Assembly: GCA_017654855.1 (NCBI GenBank)
Contig: CM030338.1
Coordinates: 310,001-374,000 of the forward strand
Direction: 5' to 3'
DNA: 64,000 bases
Origin: Podospora anserina
Lineage: Eukaryota
Below, one piece after another: positions 37,466 through 49,512 of this stretch. The notes beneath the pieces are model-generated. The model ran no database searches and was not told where the DNA came from. It was given only the letters and a program-made list of their open reading frames with translations. Numbering within the stretch: position 1 is the stretch's first letter; each line of letters begins with the position of its first letter. The position numbers were made by a program, and so were the translations under genes.

Positions 37466-38740
37466 ATGTCGTCCAGACTTCCCGCCCGCATCGTACCCCG
37501 CGCGACTCGCGTGGCTCGCACCACCAAATCCACCCCTCGTCGTTTCCAGTCCACAGCTTCTTCCACCACACAAGCCGCAGCCAATGCCGCCCCCAGCGGG
37601 ACAGGTCACTTCGCTTCCGGCGTTGCTGGCGGTATCGCCGGCGCTGCCCTCCTCTATGGAATTTACACCATGACCCCATCGGGCAAGATGATGAAGACGA
37701 TGAACGCAACCGTCAAGGAGACCAACAAGAAGTATGAACAGCTCGCCGCCACCCTCAAGAACAAGACTCCCTCCACCGATGAGGCTCTCGGCAAGGTCAA
37801 GGAGGTCTGCTACTCGTATGCTGGCTGGGTACCAGGAGGCCGCCAGTATGTCGATGTTGCCTTCAAGGATATTGAAGACATTCGGGACGCGAACAAGGAA
37901 GAGGTTGACAAGCTCGTCGCCGAGACATACAGGGAGTTTCAGAACATCACGGCTGCCGGCCTGACTCTCGAGGCCGCTTCCCGCAGCTGGGAGGCCCTGC
38001 AAAAGCTGAGCCAGAGAATTGCCAACCTCAGCGCGAATGCTTCGGAGCAACTGCTCGATAACCACCCTCAGCTCAAGGAGAAGTTTGGCGGCTCCTTCGA
38101 CACCCTGAAGCAGATGGGCTCTCAGTACGGACCAGAGGCCAAGAAGGTCGTGGACGACACATGGAAGCAAGTGAACGACATCATCAAGGGTGGCTTCACC
38201 GCCGAGAATGCCGACAAGGTGCGGAAGTTGGTCGAGGAGAAGACACAGCAGGTGCGCAAGATGGGTGACCAGGTCTGGGACAAGGGCTTGGAAACCGCCA
38301 AGCCTTATCTTGACAAGAGCCCTGCGGTCAGAGACCTGATCAACAATAACAAGGACATCCTCAAGCAAGGAAATGCCTCGGAGCTGTTTTCCAAAATCAA
38401 GAGCATGTCCGAGAGCGGTGACTCGAGCAAGCTGGAAGACTATGTGAAGCAGGCCGTCAACAAGGCCAAGGAGGCCGGGGACACGGGCAAGAGCTGGACC
38501 AGTTCTATTGTGGGAGGAAGCACTGGTTTCGGTGTGCTGAGCCAGTTCCTTGGTTCGTCATCCGAGGGCGTAACACAGAAGGTCAAGGACAACATTGGTG
38601 TCTTGTCCGAGGTGTATAAGAAGCATTCGGACGAGGGTCAAAAGCTGTTGGAGGAGACACAGGAGGACTTGCGCAAGCTGTTGGAGGAGAAGGCGAAGAA
38701 GGCCCAAAAGATTGCCGATGCTGCTGCCAAGGGGCAATGA
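37466..38740 (+). CDS. Helical apolipoprotein/LEA-like protein with mitochondrial-type presequence and one TM segment
   Basis: Arg/Ser/Thr-rich N-terminus lacking acidic residues (..PRRFQST), GVAGGIAGAALLYGIY TM segment, K/E-rich amphipathic helices. Confidence 0.7.
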   Translation: MSSRLPARIVPRATRVARTTKSTPRRFQSTASSTTQAAANAAPSGTGHFASGVAGGIAGAALLYGIYTMTPSGKMMKTMNATVKETNKKYEQLAATLKNKTPSTDEALGKVKEVCYSYAGWVPGGRQYVDVAFKDIEDIRDANKEEVDKLVAETYREFQNITAAGLTLEAASRSWEALQKLSQRIANLSANASEQLLDNHPQLKEKFGGSFDTLKQMGSQYGPEAKKVVDDTWKQVNDIIKGGFTAENADKVRKLVEEKTQQVRKMGDQVWDKGLETAKPYLDKSPAVRDLINNNKDILKQGNASELFSKIKSMSESGDSSKLEDYVKQAVNKAKEAGDTGKSWTSSIVGGSTGFGVLSQFLGSSSEGVTQKVKDNIGVLSEVYKKHSDEGQKLLEETQEDLRKLLEEKAKKAQKIADAAAKGQ

Positions 38741-39253
38741 GCTGGTCTCAGCTTCTCAGTTAGCATGGATATCGGAGAGGACTTGAGTTGTATGATAGCA
38801 TGAACTTGCATTGCGTTGGTAGCATCACAGCCCGTAATAGTATTACCATTATAAGCTGAACATGTTGTCTTGAGGGGAAGTGATAGTCCTGGTGGCATCT
38901 GTAGGTACCTAGGTACACATCCAGGTGTGAAGAAAACGGGGAATCGAGGGGGGTCTGGTTGGTCAGAATGTACGGGATGCCCCGCGGTACCCGGACCTTC
39001 TGCTCCATCCTTCGTCCATCCTTTGGGTCCAGCTCCCCGCATTTCATTCTTTCACGGTAGTGCACATTGAAAGCCGGCAGCGGCCCCACCTTCCCGCCAA
39101 GCATCTGCTCCAGAGTGTAGACATCATGACGACGTGCCTGCGCCAGGCAAAGGTCAACGCCTCTTGATCGCTGTGCTTTGCTGCGGTTTGTTCGATTCGA
39201 TAGCTCAATTTCGATTGATTCGTATCCAGCAGATCCCGAACCCATTCACCGAG

Positions 39254-40589
39254 ATGCCGTACCACCCTTCGTCCCCGGCGCCGATGACCACGGGGGTGCC
39301 GGGAGCCATCGTGGCCATGACGGGTCAGGCTGGCTTCTCCCAGCCCAAGAAGCGATACATCGACGTTCCCTCGGAGGACCTCCTCGACGTCAGCGAGACC
39401 AGCAGCTACCTGATGGGTGCGCTCGAAGACATCATCGTCAACTTCCCTCCTCGAAGCCGATACCCGCACGAAGCTCTGCAGGGCCTCTGGTCTGGCCCCA
39501 CGGGCATCGCGTACCTCCTGCTTCAGGTCAGCGCCAGACTCCCAGATTTGATCGTATCCGGTCAGCCGGCCTTGCACTGGGCTCAGTGCTATATTTCTGG
39601 GTCTAGGGGACACAACTTGCGGTTGGGGAGCCACGGTTGCGGGGTGTCGGATGAGAGACTGGCATTTGAAGCTGTCAGAGCTGCCCTGACAAAGGATCTC
39701 AGCCACGTCAGGGACTTTGTTGCGACAGTGGAGCAGGTCGCCGAAGTGGCCGAATTTCCAGACGAAAACCTGTATGGGAGGGGAGGGACGTTGTATCTGC
39801 TGAGAATGGTGAAGCATTGGGTCGGTGCTGATAAGTGCGGCAAGATTATTGACCCTGCTATGGCTGAGATTGCCAACACCATCCTGAATAACGGGCTGGG
39901 GTCACCAGGGAAAAACGGAAGTCCCCGTGAAGATAGACGAGCAAAATGGATCTGGCACGGAACACGGTACTTGGGAGCAGTGCATGGAGACATTGGCATC
40001 ATTACTCAAGTGGTGCTCTCCATGCCAAATTTGGCAGACAGGGTGGAGAGGGTGCTGGAGAAGTTGTTGATGATGCAGCAGCACGATGGGAACTGGCCCA
40101 GCATTGAAGGCCATACGAGCCCTGGGAAAGGTTTGGTTCAATTTTGCCACGGCGCGCCAGGGTTCGTGATATCGCTTTGCTCTTTGCGGCCATATTTCCC
40201 ACGACTACAGGACAAGATCGACGGAGCGCTCAAAAGGGCAAGGCAATGTATCTGGACGCAGGGGTTGTTGAAAAAGGAGCCGAACTTGTGCCATGGAATA
40301 TTTGGCAATGCTTTGTACGTGGTCTCAGTAACAGGAAATAAGCTAAAACAAAGAAGCTGACACGAGCAGATGTTTTCCGCCCGGCCCACAGCGACAGCAC
40401 TTTCTGGCAGTCGCTACACCTGAGAATGTGGCCCACATGAAGTGCTCAGATACAACCGGCACGGTATTCGAAAGGGCTGATTACGGACGATCATACTCAA
40501 CCTTGACCAGCTACGCTCCCTGCGCGGTTTGGACCTGGCTAGTCGCGAGGGAACCAGACCCTATCATGTTGGGGTATAACGATGTCTAG
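39254..40589 (+). CDS. Lanthionine synthetase C-like (LanCL) protein
   Basis: GLWSGPTGIAY, ENLYGRGG, YLGAVHGDIGI, QFCHGAPG and NLCHGIFGNA motifs; intron about 40315-40368. Confidence 0.88.
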
Positions 40590-41749
40590 GGTCATCATAT
40601 GGACGAGGTTGGATGTTGGTTGGGTATTTTTCATGTTTCATCAGTAATGTGTACCTCGCAATATTCGATGCCTCCACCTCCTTGGCCAGCCGTTCCTTCA
40701 TCACCCATAATTCCTTCTACTCTCTTCTCGGTGCTGGATAACTCGGAGATGACAACCTTCTTTTGCGACAGTTTCTCTTTATCGGTATCTCGTTCAGTTC
40801 TTGTCGTTCATAGCGTTTTTTTGGCTCTTGCTCATTTGGTGTCAGTTAGTCGGAGAATAGACGACGAGTTGAGAACGTGACTCACCATGTTACGAGATCT
40901 GTGTTGCTCTCTGAGTAGTTGCAAATACTTTGGGTATCGATGTTACTGGCTCGACCTTCGCGCTTGAATTGCGTGCCAAGCAAAGGAGACAATGGCGATA
41001 GCAGCAAGGACAGAGAACATGATAATAACTGGGAGGTGAAAGACGACCATCGTAGCTATGACAGAACCATGTGAAAAGGGGTGTTGGCGTGGCGAAGAGG
41101 TGAATCGAAGAGGGCTGAGTCCAGGAAAGGTTCAGAGGAAACCAACATCGGCATGCTTAGTCCGGGAAGGAAAAGAGATTTTAACCCCAGGTATTCGAAT
41201 AGGCCTGGAGGAAAGGTACCTTGGGCAGATAACTTTGCTTGGATGCCCCTGATATTATTTCTCCGCTTCCAGTCCCATCTCTCATGTTATCACCGTCAAC
41301 AAACATTTCTCTGTCAATCAGGTACCCAACATTTGTGAAGTTTGAAAGAGACTATAATTGGGCTTCGCTGGAACTTCTGGTACTCAACATCTCGCATTCC
41401 TCGTAAAGTTACCCCTGTGGCTCAAGTTAAGCCCCTGACTATTCATCCTGTATATGCATGACAGTTCTCAGCAAGGGTTCCAGGTTATCAAGACACTGTT
41501 GGAACATAATCCTTTGGTGTTGCATCACCGGCATCTGCCGAACACGCGTGTTGGCTGACACCAGACATCAAGAAGCAGGGCCCAACAGTGGCAGTAGGAA
41601 TAAATCCCGGTAGAGATGTGGGGGCTCAATGTGCTGTGCCACCCTTGCTCAAGCTTTTAAAGCTGCGGCGTGTATGGAGTCAATCTCCCAAGACCTCGCA
41701 CAAGTGTGTTCCATCGTCTCTAGCGCACGTTTTCCCGATACGAGATACG

Positions 41750-43102
41750 ATGCGGCGCCGGGGCCACATCAAATCCCGGCGTGGCTGTGTGCAATGGTAA
41801 GGACAACGCCACTTGTCGATTTTTGACAATGGACAATTACCTAACTGACGGCTGGGACTAGTAAATTGCGGCATGTGAAGGTGAGTGTCTGGTAACTTCT
41901 CAGCGAATTTTCGTTGATGTGAATGATGAACTAACCTCGATCGGTCTTCGAAGTGTGACGAAGGCCGTCCAGCATGCTCACTTTGTACCGTTTCGGCAAG
42001 GCAATGCAGCTTCATGTCCGAAGCCCCGGCAGATAGCCCTTCTTCAAGTTCGTTGTCACGACGTCGCAGTCTCGCCGGCATTTCAACGTCCAGTGTCACC
42101 CCCCGGGAGACCTCCACACTTCTGTCTGATACAAGCCGGGCCTTATACAGCCCAACCCCCGAGGGGTTGCTCAATCTCCGTCATATTCACCTCTTGGTTC
42201 ACCTGACATCCTCAAAGGACATCTTCGACTTCGGGGCCACCCCTCTTCGGGCGTCCGAGAATTCAGCAGCTCTCGCTCTGGCCTTGCAAAAGGGTCTTCA
42301 GGACACCTATCTCCTCTACCAACTCCTCGCCTTTTCAGCTCGCCACCTTGCCTGCCTACATCCTTCTCAATCAGAAACCTACCTCGAGCAAGCCATAGCT
42401 CTGCAGACGCATGGCGTCTCTCTGTTCAACATTGCCCAGCTATCCCAAGTCGACCGGTCCAACTGCGTGAGCTTTCTCATCTACTCTGGCATCCTCGGAC
42501 ATCACCTATTGGCTGATGCTCTCTCTTTCCGAGATCAACCGATCGATGAGTTCCTCGCCGAGTACGCCTGGTGTGCGCGTCTTCATCGTGGAGTGAGGAC
42601 GATAGCTGCATCATCCTGGCCTCTGCTGATGGAGTCGGAGCTCACTGGGATGCTGTCTTGGAGTCAGGAGTATTTGCTTCGAAAACCGACTGGGCAGGAG
42701 TGCTCTCGAATCAGAGTGATGGTTGCCGCATCAGCATCGTTGACCGGGGGCGAAAGACAGGCGTGCATGCAGGCGATCGATTTCCTTCAGGTTGGGTTCG
42801 ATTCAGTACTGTCTGCCGACTGGGAGGAGCTTGGGAAAGAGGCCGGAAGCAAGGGGAACAAGCACCAGATGACTTATTCGTGGTCTGTGGTGGTGGCCCC
42901 CGAGTTCATGGCTTTGTTGGTGGACAAACGACCCGAGTCACTGGTGGTGTTGGGTTATTTTTGTGTGCTGCTGCATTATGCGAGGGAGACTTGGCAGATA
43001 AGAGACGCGGGGAGGTATGTTTTCGAGATGGTCGAGCAGTGTCTTGGTGAGGCTTGGAGGTGTTGGCTTGACTGGCCTCGAAGGATGATTGCAAGCGATT
43101 AG
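41750..43102 (+). CDS. Zn2Cys6 transcription factor (Upc2-like)
   Basis: Spliced N-terminus MRRRGHIKSRRGCVQC-KLRHVK-CDEGRPACSLC over two introns; LLAFSARHLA; PESLVVLGYF..WLDWP C-terminus. Confidence 0.88.
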
Positions 43103-43606
43103 CCGCCATCGTGATTGACAGAATGCGGAAGGGCAGATTGTGTCAGCATCTTTTGGGTTCTAGGTAGCTGCATGGCTCGACTGCTGCAGTTCTTGTGGTA
43201 ATTGTTGTTTGCCGAGCAAGACTGGATGTAACTGTTGTTAACTCCGAAGATGCCATCCAAAGATCGCCGCATCCTGCACGGCAGGTGGTAGCCGCCATGA
43301 CCCCGCTGTCAGCAAGTCATTGGTAATGAAAGCAAGCAACTATCAACGAGCCGATTTGTCATTTTGGAAGAGAATAACAAAAAAAAGTACCATGCACTGT
43401 CGCCTCTGGTGCGTGATCACAAGTTGTCGATAGATGGGAATAGCCACCTTGGACACTCGCAGACTTGGCCTCATTGATATAAAGAGGACATATATCGACA
43501 GTTGAGTCGAACTGATCTCATCATCATACGCTGTCAACATCAGCTTTTTTTTTGCCGATATAATCATTCACTCGAAGCTTCATTCGCACCATTTCCCCAA
43601 GTCACT

Positions 43607-44733
43607 ATGGCACCTCAATACAACGCCGAAACGACCGGCTCCGAATTGGTCACCGAATTTGCCGCCCAGATCAAAGGCAAGGTTATTCTCACTACTGGCG
43701 TTTCGCCCAAATCTTTGGGGGCACAATTCGTTCAGCTTATCGCGGAAGCTGAACCCGCTCTTCTCATCTTGACCGGCCGCAATACGACCAAGTCGCAACA
43801 GACTGCCGAGGTCGTGGCCAAGGCTCACCCCAATGTCAAGACACGGGTTTTGAAGCTGGACCTGGGCTCCCTGGCCTCAGTCCGGGAGGGTGCTGCCGAG
43901 GTCAATTCCTGGGACGACGTGCCGCACATCGATGTCCTTGTCAACAATGCCGGAATCATGGCTGTTCCATTCGCACTGACTGCAGATGGTTATGAAAGTC
44001 AATACGCTACCAATCATCTGGGCCACTTTTTATTTACCAACCTGATCATTGATAAGCTCCTCAAGAGCAGCGAACCCAGACTTGTCAGCGTGAGCAGTGA
44101 TGCCCATCGTTTCAGTCCTGTCAGGTTTGACGACAATGACTTCCATGTGAGTGCTTCCCACCTGAAGTCGAAAAGCGGACCGGCATGCTGAAGTATCTAT
44201 GCTCGACAGCGTGGCGAGAACTACAACAAGTGGATTGCATATGGCCAAGCCAAAACAGCCAACATGCTCATGGCTTTATCGTTTGCCGAGAAGTTGGGAA
44301 AGAAGGGGCTGGTAGCTGTGAGCTTGCACCCCGGCGTCATCGGTACCAACCTGGGAGATGCTGTCGATTGGACGGGCGGTGATGTTGCCTTGTTGAGTAT
44401 GTCTTCTCGGTTGTCTCTGAGCGGTGTATTGAGCCAAAATCAAAATCAAAGCTAACCATGGAAAAACCAGATTCTGTTGATAAGACCTTGGGAAACAGGG
44501 AAGCATGGGAGGACGGTCTGAAGTGGAAGACACATGATCAGGGCGTGGCCACCCATGTCTTTGCTGCCTTCCACCCCAGCTTGAAAGAGCACAACGGTGC
44601 TTATCTTCAGGACGCGCATGTTGCCGATCCCTGGACCGAGACCGTGAAGCCCTGGGGCACAAGCCCGGTGGAGGCTGAGAGGCTTTGGAAGCTGAGCGAG
44701 AAGCAAGTCGGACAGGAGTTCACATACAACTGA
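43607..44733 (+). CDS. Short-chain dehydrogenase/reductase (retinol dehydrogenase/WWOX-like)
   Basis: ILTTGVSPKSLG, IDVLVNNAGIM, TNHLGHF, YGQAK catalytic motif, SLHPG; two introns. Confidence 0.92.
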
Positions 44734-46416
44734 AGTTGGTATGGGGCCTCCACGGCCTCCAACAGTAGGCAGTCGAATAGAAGCGGTTGGAACGTGATGC
44801 CGGAGATAACTTAGGTTGAATGTAACCTCGGTGACAGGGTGGGCAACAGAAGGAGCTGAATAAAAGCCCATAGTAGGATAATGATCAGCTTCTGTGGCGA
44901 CGTCAGACTGTATGGTATCCTATCGAGTTGGTGAGTTCGGCCTGTTTCCTTTCTAAAATCAAGAGGTTCTGCTATGGAAAGCTAGAATCCTCCCCTGGAT
45001 GCATCCTTCCTTGCGCGCCAAACGGGCGTCGACTTCCTCTTCAGGAGGTGATTGAGTGTGCCGAGCAGTACCTGGACAGGTTTTGTTCCTGCCACAAGGT
45101 AGCAGAGCGACGTCAACTCTTTCCTATTCATCAATGCGGGCTGCAGGGTTGGCCACAGGTTTGATCGTGCCTTGCATTTTTAAATGAAGTGTTCCAGATG
45201 TAACCTCTCTTGAGAGTTTTGCCTTGGGCGTCCCATTTCGCCCCCCTCATCCACCCCTGCCTGACACGTCCCAGCCCGTACTATGTTTACATCCAGGAGA
45301 ATCACCGTTACTGCCCACCGGATAAAGTGTGGACCACTCATCATCGACGTGTACATTTCCCTTTCAGTCGATATTCCTTTGGCTATCAACACTCTCAGAG
45401 ATAACCGATCAATGTCCTGGTGTGCCAGGCTTTTCTATTGATCGGTATATATTGAGCAGCCAGTAGAGTATCGGAGGTTAATTGCTTCTGTTGTTGTGGC
45501 GAGCTTGTAACCTGATCCGGGCACAAGTGACGTCGATCGCCAAGACCCTATATTCTGGAACCGAACTTTCTCAGTGATACCCCGGGGCTTATGCTGTGCG
45601 TCATGACTGCCATCTGCACCACCGTTGTGTTTCGGGGATTGGGTTCCTATACCCGGACCGGACATCAATGCAGGCGAGCTTACAGCCGGACGATTTAGGT
45701 GGATACTGGTGGGTACCATTCCTTCTTCTATCCCTTCCACCATGTGCTTGCGGACGGCACATCCAGATTCCCGGATGATGTCGTGATTCTATTGCAGAAA
45801 AGGGGTTCTTTTGTGGCACAGGCTGCCTCTTGATTATCTCGGCCTTTGTAAACATCACTTATCGAGCATTTTTGCAAGCTTCTCTCGCCACTCCAAGCCA
45901 CTTGAACGAGTTTCAGTGGCTTGGGAACCACAGAGCCAGTGAGGTGTTTTACCCAAGCTATAAGATGCCATTTATAACACCCTTGTAATCAAGATCATCG
46001 GTCATAGCAACTGAGATATCCTTGCATGTGCCGTGGCTTGTTCCCCCCCTGTCCCTAGGCTCGTGTTGCATTGTCCTTTCTTGTGACGCCATAACATGTC
46101 TTGGATGTTTACAACTGGCCCAGGGCGGGTTTCGGCACCAAGCAGGTATAGGATGGAGATGACGGTGATTCTACCACCACAACATGGACTTGGAAAAAGT
46201 CAGCGATGACCAGCTATTGATGCGGGAGTGCAAAGGGGAACGGGAATGCGACACTGCCATCTATATAAAGATGCTGCTTCTCCCTCCCTCTAGATCAAAC
46301 TTTTTCTATCCTCCACACAATCAAGCAAACAAGCAAACAAGCCCACAAGCAAACAAGCTCTACTACAACCTTCCTGCACTTCAACAACACATCTCAACTC
46401 AAATCAAACCGCCAAA

Positions 46417-46849
46417 ATGAAGTTCACTTTCGCCATCGCCGCTGCCATCTTCACTGGCCTCGTCTCTGCCCTCCCTGCCAAGGAGGTCGAGTCTCGCCAA
46501 GTGCCCTACATCCCCTGCAGCGGCATCTACGGCTCGGCCCAGTGCTGTGCTACCGACGTTCTCGGTCTTGTGAACCTCGACTGCGGCCAGCGTACGTTCT
46601 ACACATTTGTCCCGACTCTCCCGACCTTGAGCTAACATTTTCTGAACTTGGCAGCCCCCGAGACTCCTACCGACGCCGATACCTTCAGCGCTATTTGCTC
46701 GGCCATCGGCCAGCGTGCCCGCTGCTGCGCTCTCCCTGTCGTAAGTCACCATTGCCTCGGGATCTTACAAAAGACATTATGCTAACTGACACTTCCACTA
46801 GCTCGACCAGGGTGTCCTCTGCAACACCCCTGCTGGCGTCCAGCCTTAA
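46417..46849 (+). CDS. Class II hydrophobin (cerato-ulmin/cryparin family)
   Basis: Signal peptide; eight-Cys pattern PC..AQCCATDVLGLVNLDC..AICSAIGQRARCCALPV-LDQGVLC over two introns. Confidence 0.93.
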
Positions 46850-47341
46850 GCACCTTTTTGTTGTATAAGGCGGGGGCTGTCGGTCTTGACTGAATTGTCG
46901 TTTGCGCAGCGATTTGTTTGGGTTATCTTTGGACTTTCCTTTTCGGCTTTTTTTTGACTCTGTTGGGGGTGTGAGGAGGTGATATTGCTGTATATATAGC
47001 TGTATACTATTAACGCTCCTTTGATCTACGTTGTACAGTTCAGACGTGATTACATGCTTTTGTAAACTTTACAAATGGTTGTATAAATGTGATCTTGCTG
47101 TATAAGCCCAAGCCAGACTGTGATAGGTTGACTGGCTTGGGAAAGCCTTTTGGTGTGCCAGTGAGGCTGTGTAGACCAGAACGGCATGGTTTCACTTGGC
47201 TTCAGCATCAGCCCCCTCAAACTATTCAACCTCGTTTGGTCGGACTGCGCCCTATCATGAAGGGCAGCATTTAAAAACTGAAGGGAATTTGTTGCATCAT
47301 AAGGTTTTTACCACCACAACTTTCACGACCAAGCCATCACC

Positions 47342-48292
47342 ATGCTTTTGAGATCACGCAGAATTATCACCCAAACCAATGCTACCCCAACCTTTCCTTT
47401 CGACAAACTACCCAGGGAACTGCAGGATGAAGTGTGGAAGAACTCGGATGAAGTAGATACTTTATGGAGACCCACGGTTCAGGCCCAGAACTCGTTGGAG
47501 TTAGCACGGGACATGATCGGCCCAAAAGACGCAAACGGGAAGTGGCTTGCAAGGTTTCGCTTTGAGTACTTCGTTTCCCGTCGTATCCCAACACTGGCTC
47601 ACGTCTGCCGCAATTCACGACAAATCATCCAGGCACATGCTTCAGCACCTGAACAGACACTCAAAGATCGGAACCGCCTCTGGTATAAAAACACCTGGAA
47701 CGACTTTTACGGCTCAGTCGTCGTCCTCGAGGAGATTTACGCCGAGAACAAACAGTCGCTGCTACCCATCCTGCCAAAAGGCAGTTATCTGGTTTTGGAG
47801 CTCCCATATGGTCGCCGCCACGGACCCATCCACAACCTCGCGCAGGGGAGGAGACTGCTCGAGGTGATCCTGGCAGCAAAGCACGATCAAATCAAGGTTC
47901 TTTTGCCAAGCCAAAAACATCACAAGCTTTCCAAAACACCGATAAACGAAAAGCTGGCTGCGCAGGCGAGGTTCTGGTACGACGATCCTCTGCTGGTGAG
48001 CATTCATGATCTTCGGTGCTGGAACGAACTGCGCGACTATTGCCGCAGTGCTGGTGAAACTTGGCCGTTTATTGAGTCTGTTTTGGAGGGACGGAAAACC
48101 AGGGACGCCATGGTGGAAGAGGCTCTCAGGCCACTCGTGGGTCTGTGGAACAGAGAGAACAAGCATCGAGAAGATCGAGGGTTCGACAAACTGAAGCCTT
48201 TGCCGAGCATCGACGTGGTGGCAGAGGTCCGGTTCACGCATTCTAGTGCTGGGTATAGTAGGATGGCTCTCAGTCGTGGTGGGTGGGATTAG
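47342..48292 (+). CDS. Hypothetical protein, 2EXR-like N-terminal domain
   Basis: FPFDKLPRELQDEVW..IPTLAHVCRNSRQ signature; intronless 316-aa ORF. Confidence 0.65.
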   Translation: MLLRSRRIITQTNATPTFPFDKLPRELQDEVWKNSDEVDTLWRPTVQAQNSLELARDMIGPKDANGKWLARFRFEYFVSRRIPTLAHVCRNSRQIIQAHASAPEQTLKDRNRLWYKNTWNDFYGSVVVLEEIYAENKQSLLPILPKGSYLVLELPYGRRHGPIHNLAQGRRLLEVILAAKHDQIKVLLPSQKHHKLSKTPINEKLAAQARFWYDDPLLVSIHDLRCWNELRDYCRSAGETWPFIESVLEGRKTRDAMVEEALRPLVGLWNRENKHREDRGFDKLKPLPSIDVVAEVRFTHSSAGYSRMALSRGGWD

Positions 48293-48489
48293 AAAGGAGA
48301 GCCCTTAGTAGATAGCCTAGTTGGATGACAACAGGTTGTTTACTTTCCCCCTTTTAACCACCGTTCAGCATACCTAGCCACGCACCGCCAGTCTACGTGC
48401 AGACTTCGATAGACGATGCTCAAATTTTCGTTTTCGACTTGCTGAATCTCTGGTCTCACTCTGAAATTTTGAGGCTTAGCCCCCAAGAA

Positions 48490-49499
48490 CTTGGCGACTC
48501 GATTATGCGTACTACCTATGAGCCTTGATTTCTATGATCGATCTCGTTACTCACCGGTGGTCAAAGATAACGATAACAGGCTCGAACCATGACTAATGGG
48601 TATTAAACGTGTTGACGAGTGTCGCTTGCTCTTCTTCCCACGGATGAGTTAAGGGGAAAAGGGAATTGATGTTCCCGTTCCTGAGCGCCGAGAGCGCGTG
48701 GAAGGCGGCCAGAACGAACCTGCGTTCTTCTGTGGCCTTTCCAAACAGGAAGTTCCCTTACAAATACCCCACTCTTTTGAGCTTCCAAGGCGCTGCCAAG
48801 GCCTTCTCTCCGGCTTAATGCTGGAGTGTGAGCGAAGGGGGGCCCCACGGCGCGGCGTCTTGACATAAAAGAATGAGTCGGCACCTGTAGACATGTCAGA
48901 GCATGGTCAATATCGAAGGCGCGAGAAAGGGCGATTAAGTGAAGAGGCGGTCGAGCATGGCAGCCAGCCCTACGAGATGGCCGTGTCAGAAGAACTGCCC
49001 AAAGCGGCAGTAAAAACACACGTCCTGCGTTTCCAGTTCCTCAAAACCGGCTCCACCGCCTCCAACCGGCCCCCGCAAAGCCCAGCACAAACCCACAATT
49101 CTCTCAACCAGGTACGTAATGTCTGTGGCCATTTGCGCCTTGGCTGCCAGGTTCGGGTTGGAGAAGAGCTGCGAATCCCTTCCTGCCCAGACATTCTGTG
49201 ATTCTCCTTCTCTTGCTCGCGATGCGCCGAGCTACGCGATGGGCAACTTTCGCAGGCGGCCCGGGATGACTCCTCTACGTCTCCAGTGGCGGACCAACGG
49301 GGGAAGAGAAAACATCCAGAGGGTCCAGAGTGTTAATAAGACGGGACATGTTGCTGTTATATAATGGCGTCCTCGGCTCCCCTTTCTGTCATCCCAAGAG
49401 TCTTGCCAACTTCCACCCCTTCGAATCTTTCGATGTAGCACCCCAGCCAAGTTGCGGATCACACATTTTCGCTCCCCGCCGTTCATCTGCCATCTTGGC
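48490..49499. promoter_or_regulatory. Cluster of PacC-type GCCARG sites upstream of the ENA ATPase
   Basis: GCCAAG at 48795 and 49446, GCCAGG at 49146, CTTGGC at 48490, 49139 and 49494. Confidence 0.5.
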
Positions 49500-49512
49500 T
49501 CTGCCGCCCACC

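Noticed and set aside
37409-38368. Long antisense ORFs (also 49830-50930, 840-1742, 10810-11616)
   Set aside because: Shadow frames of GC3-rich real genes
44930-45930. Possible gene relic between the SDR and the hydrophobin
   Set aside because: Fragmentary frames with stops; cannot be assigned to a family by eye
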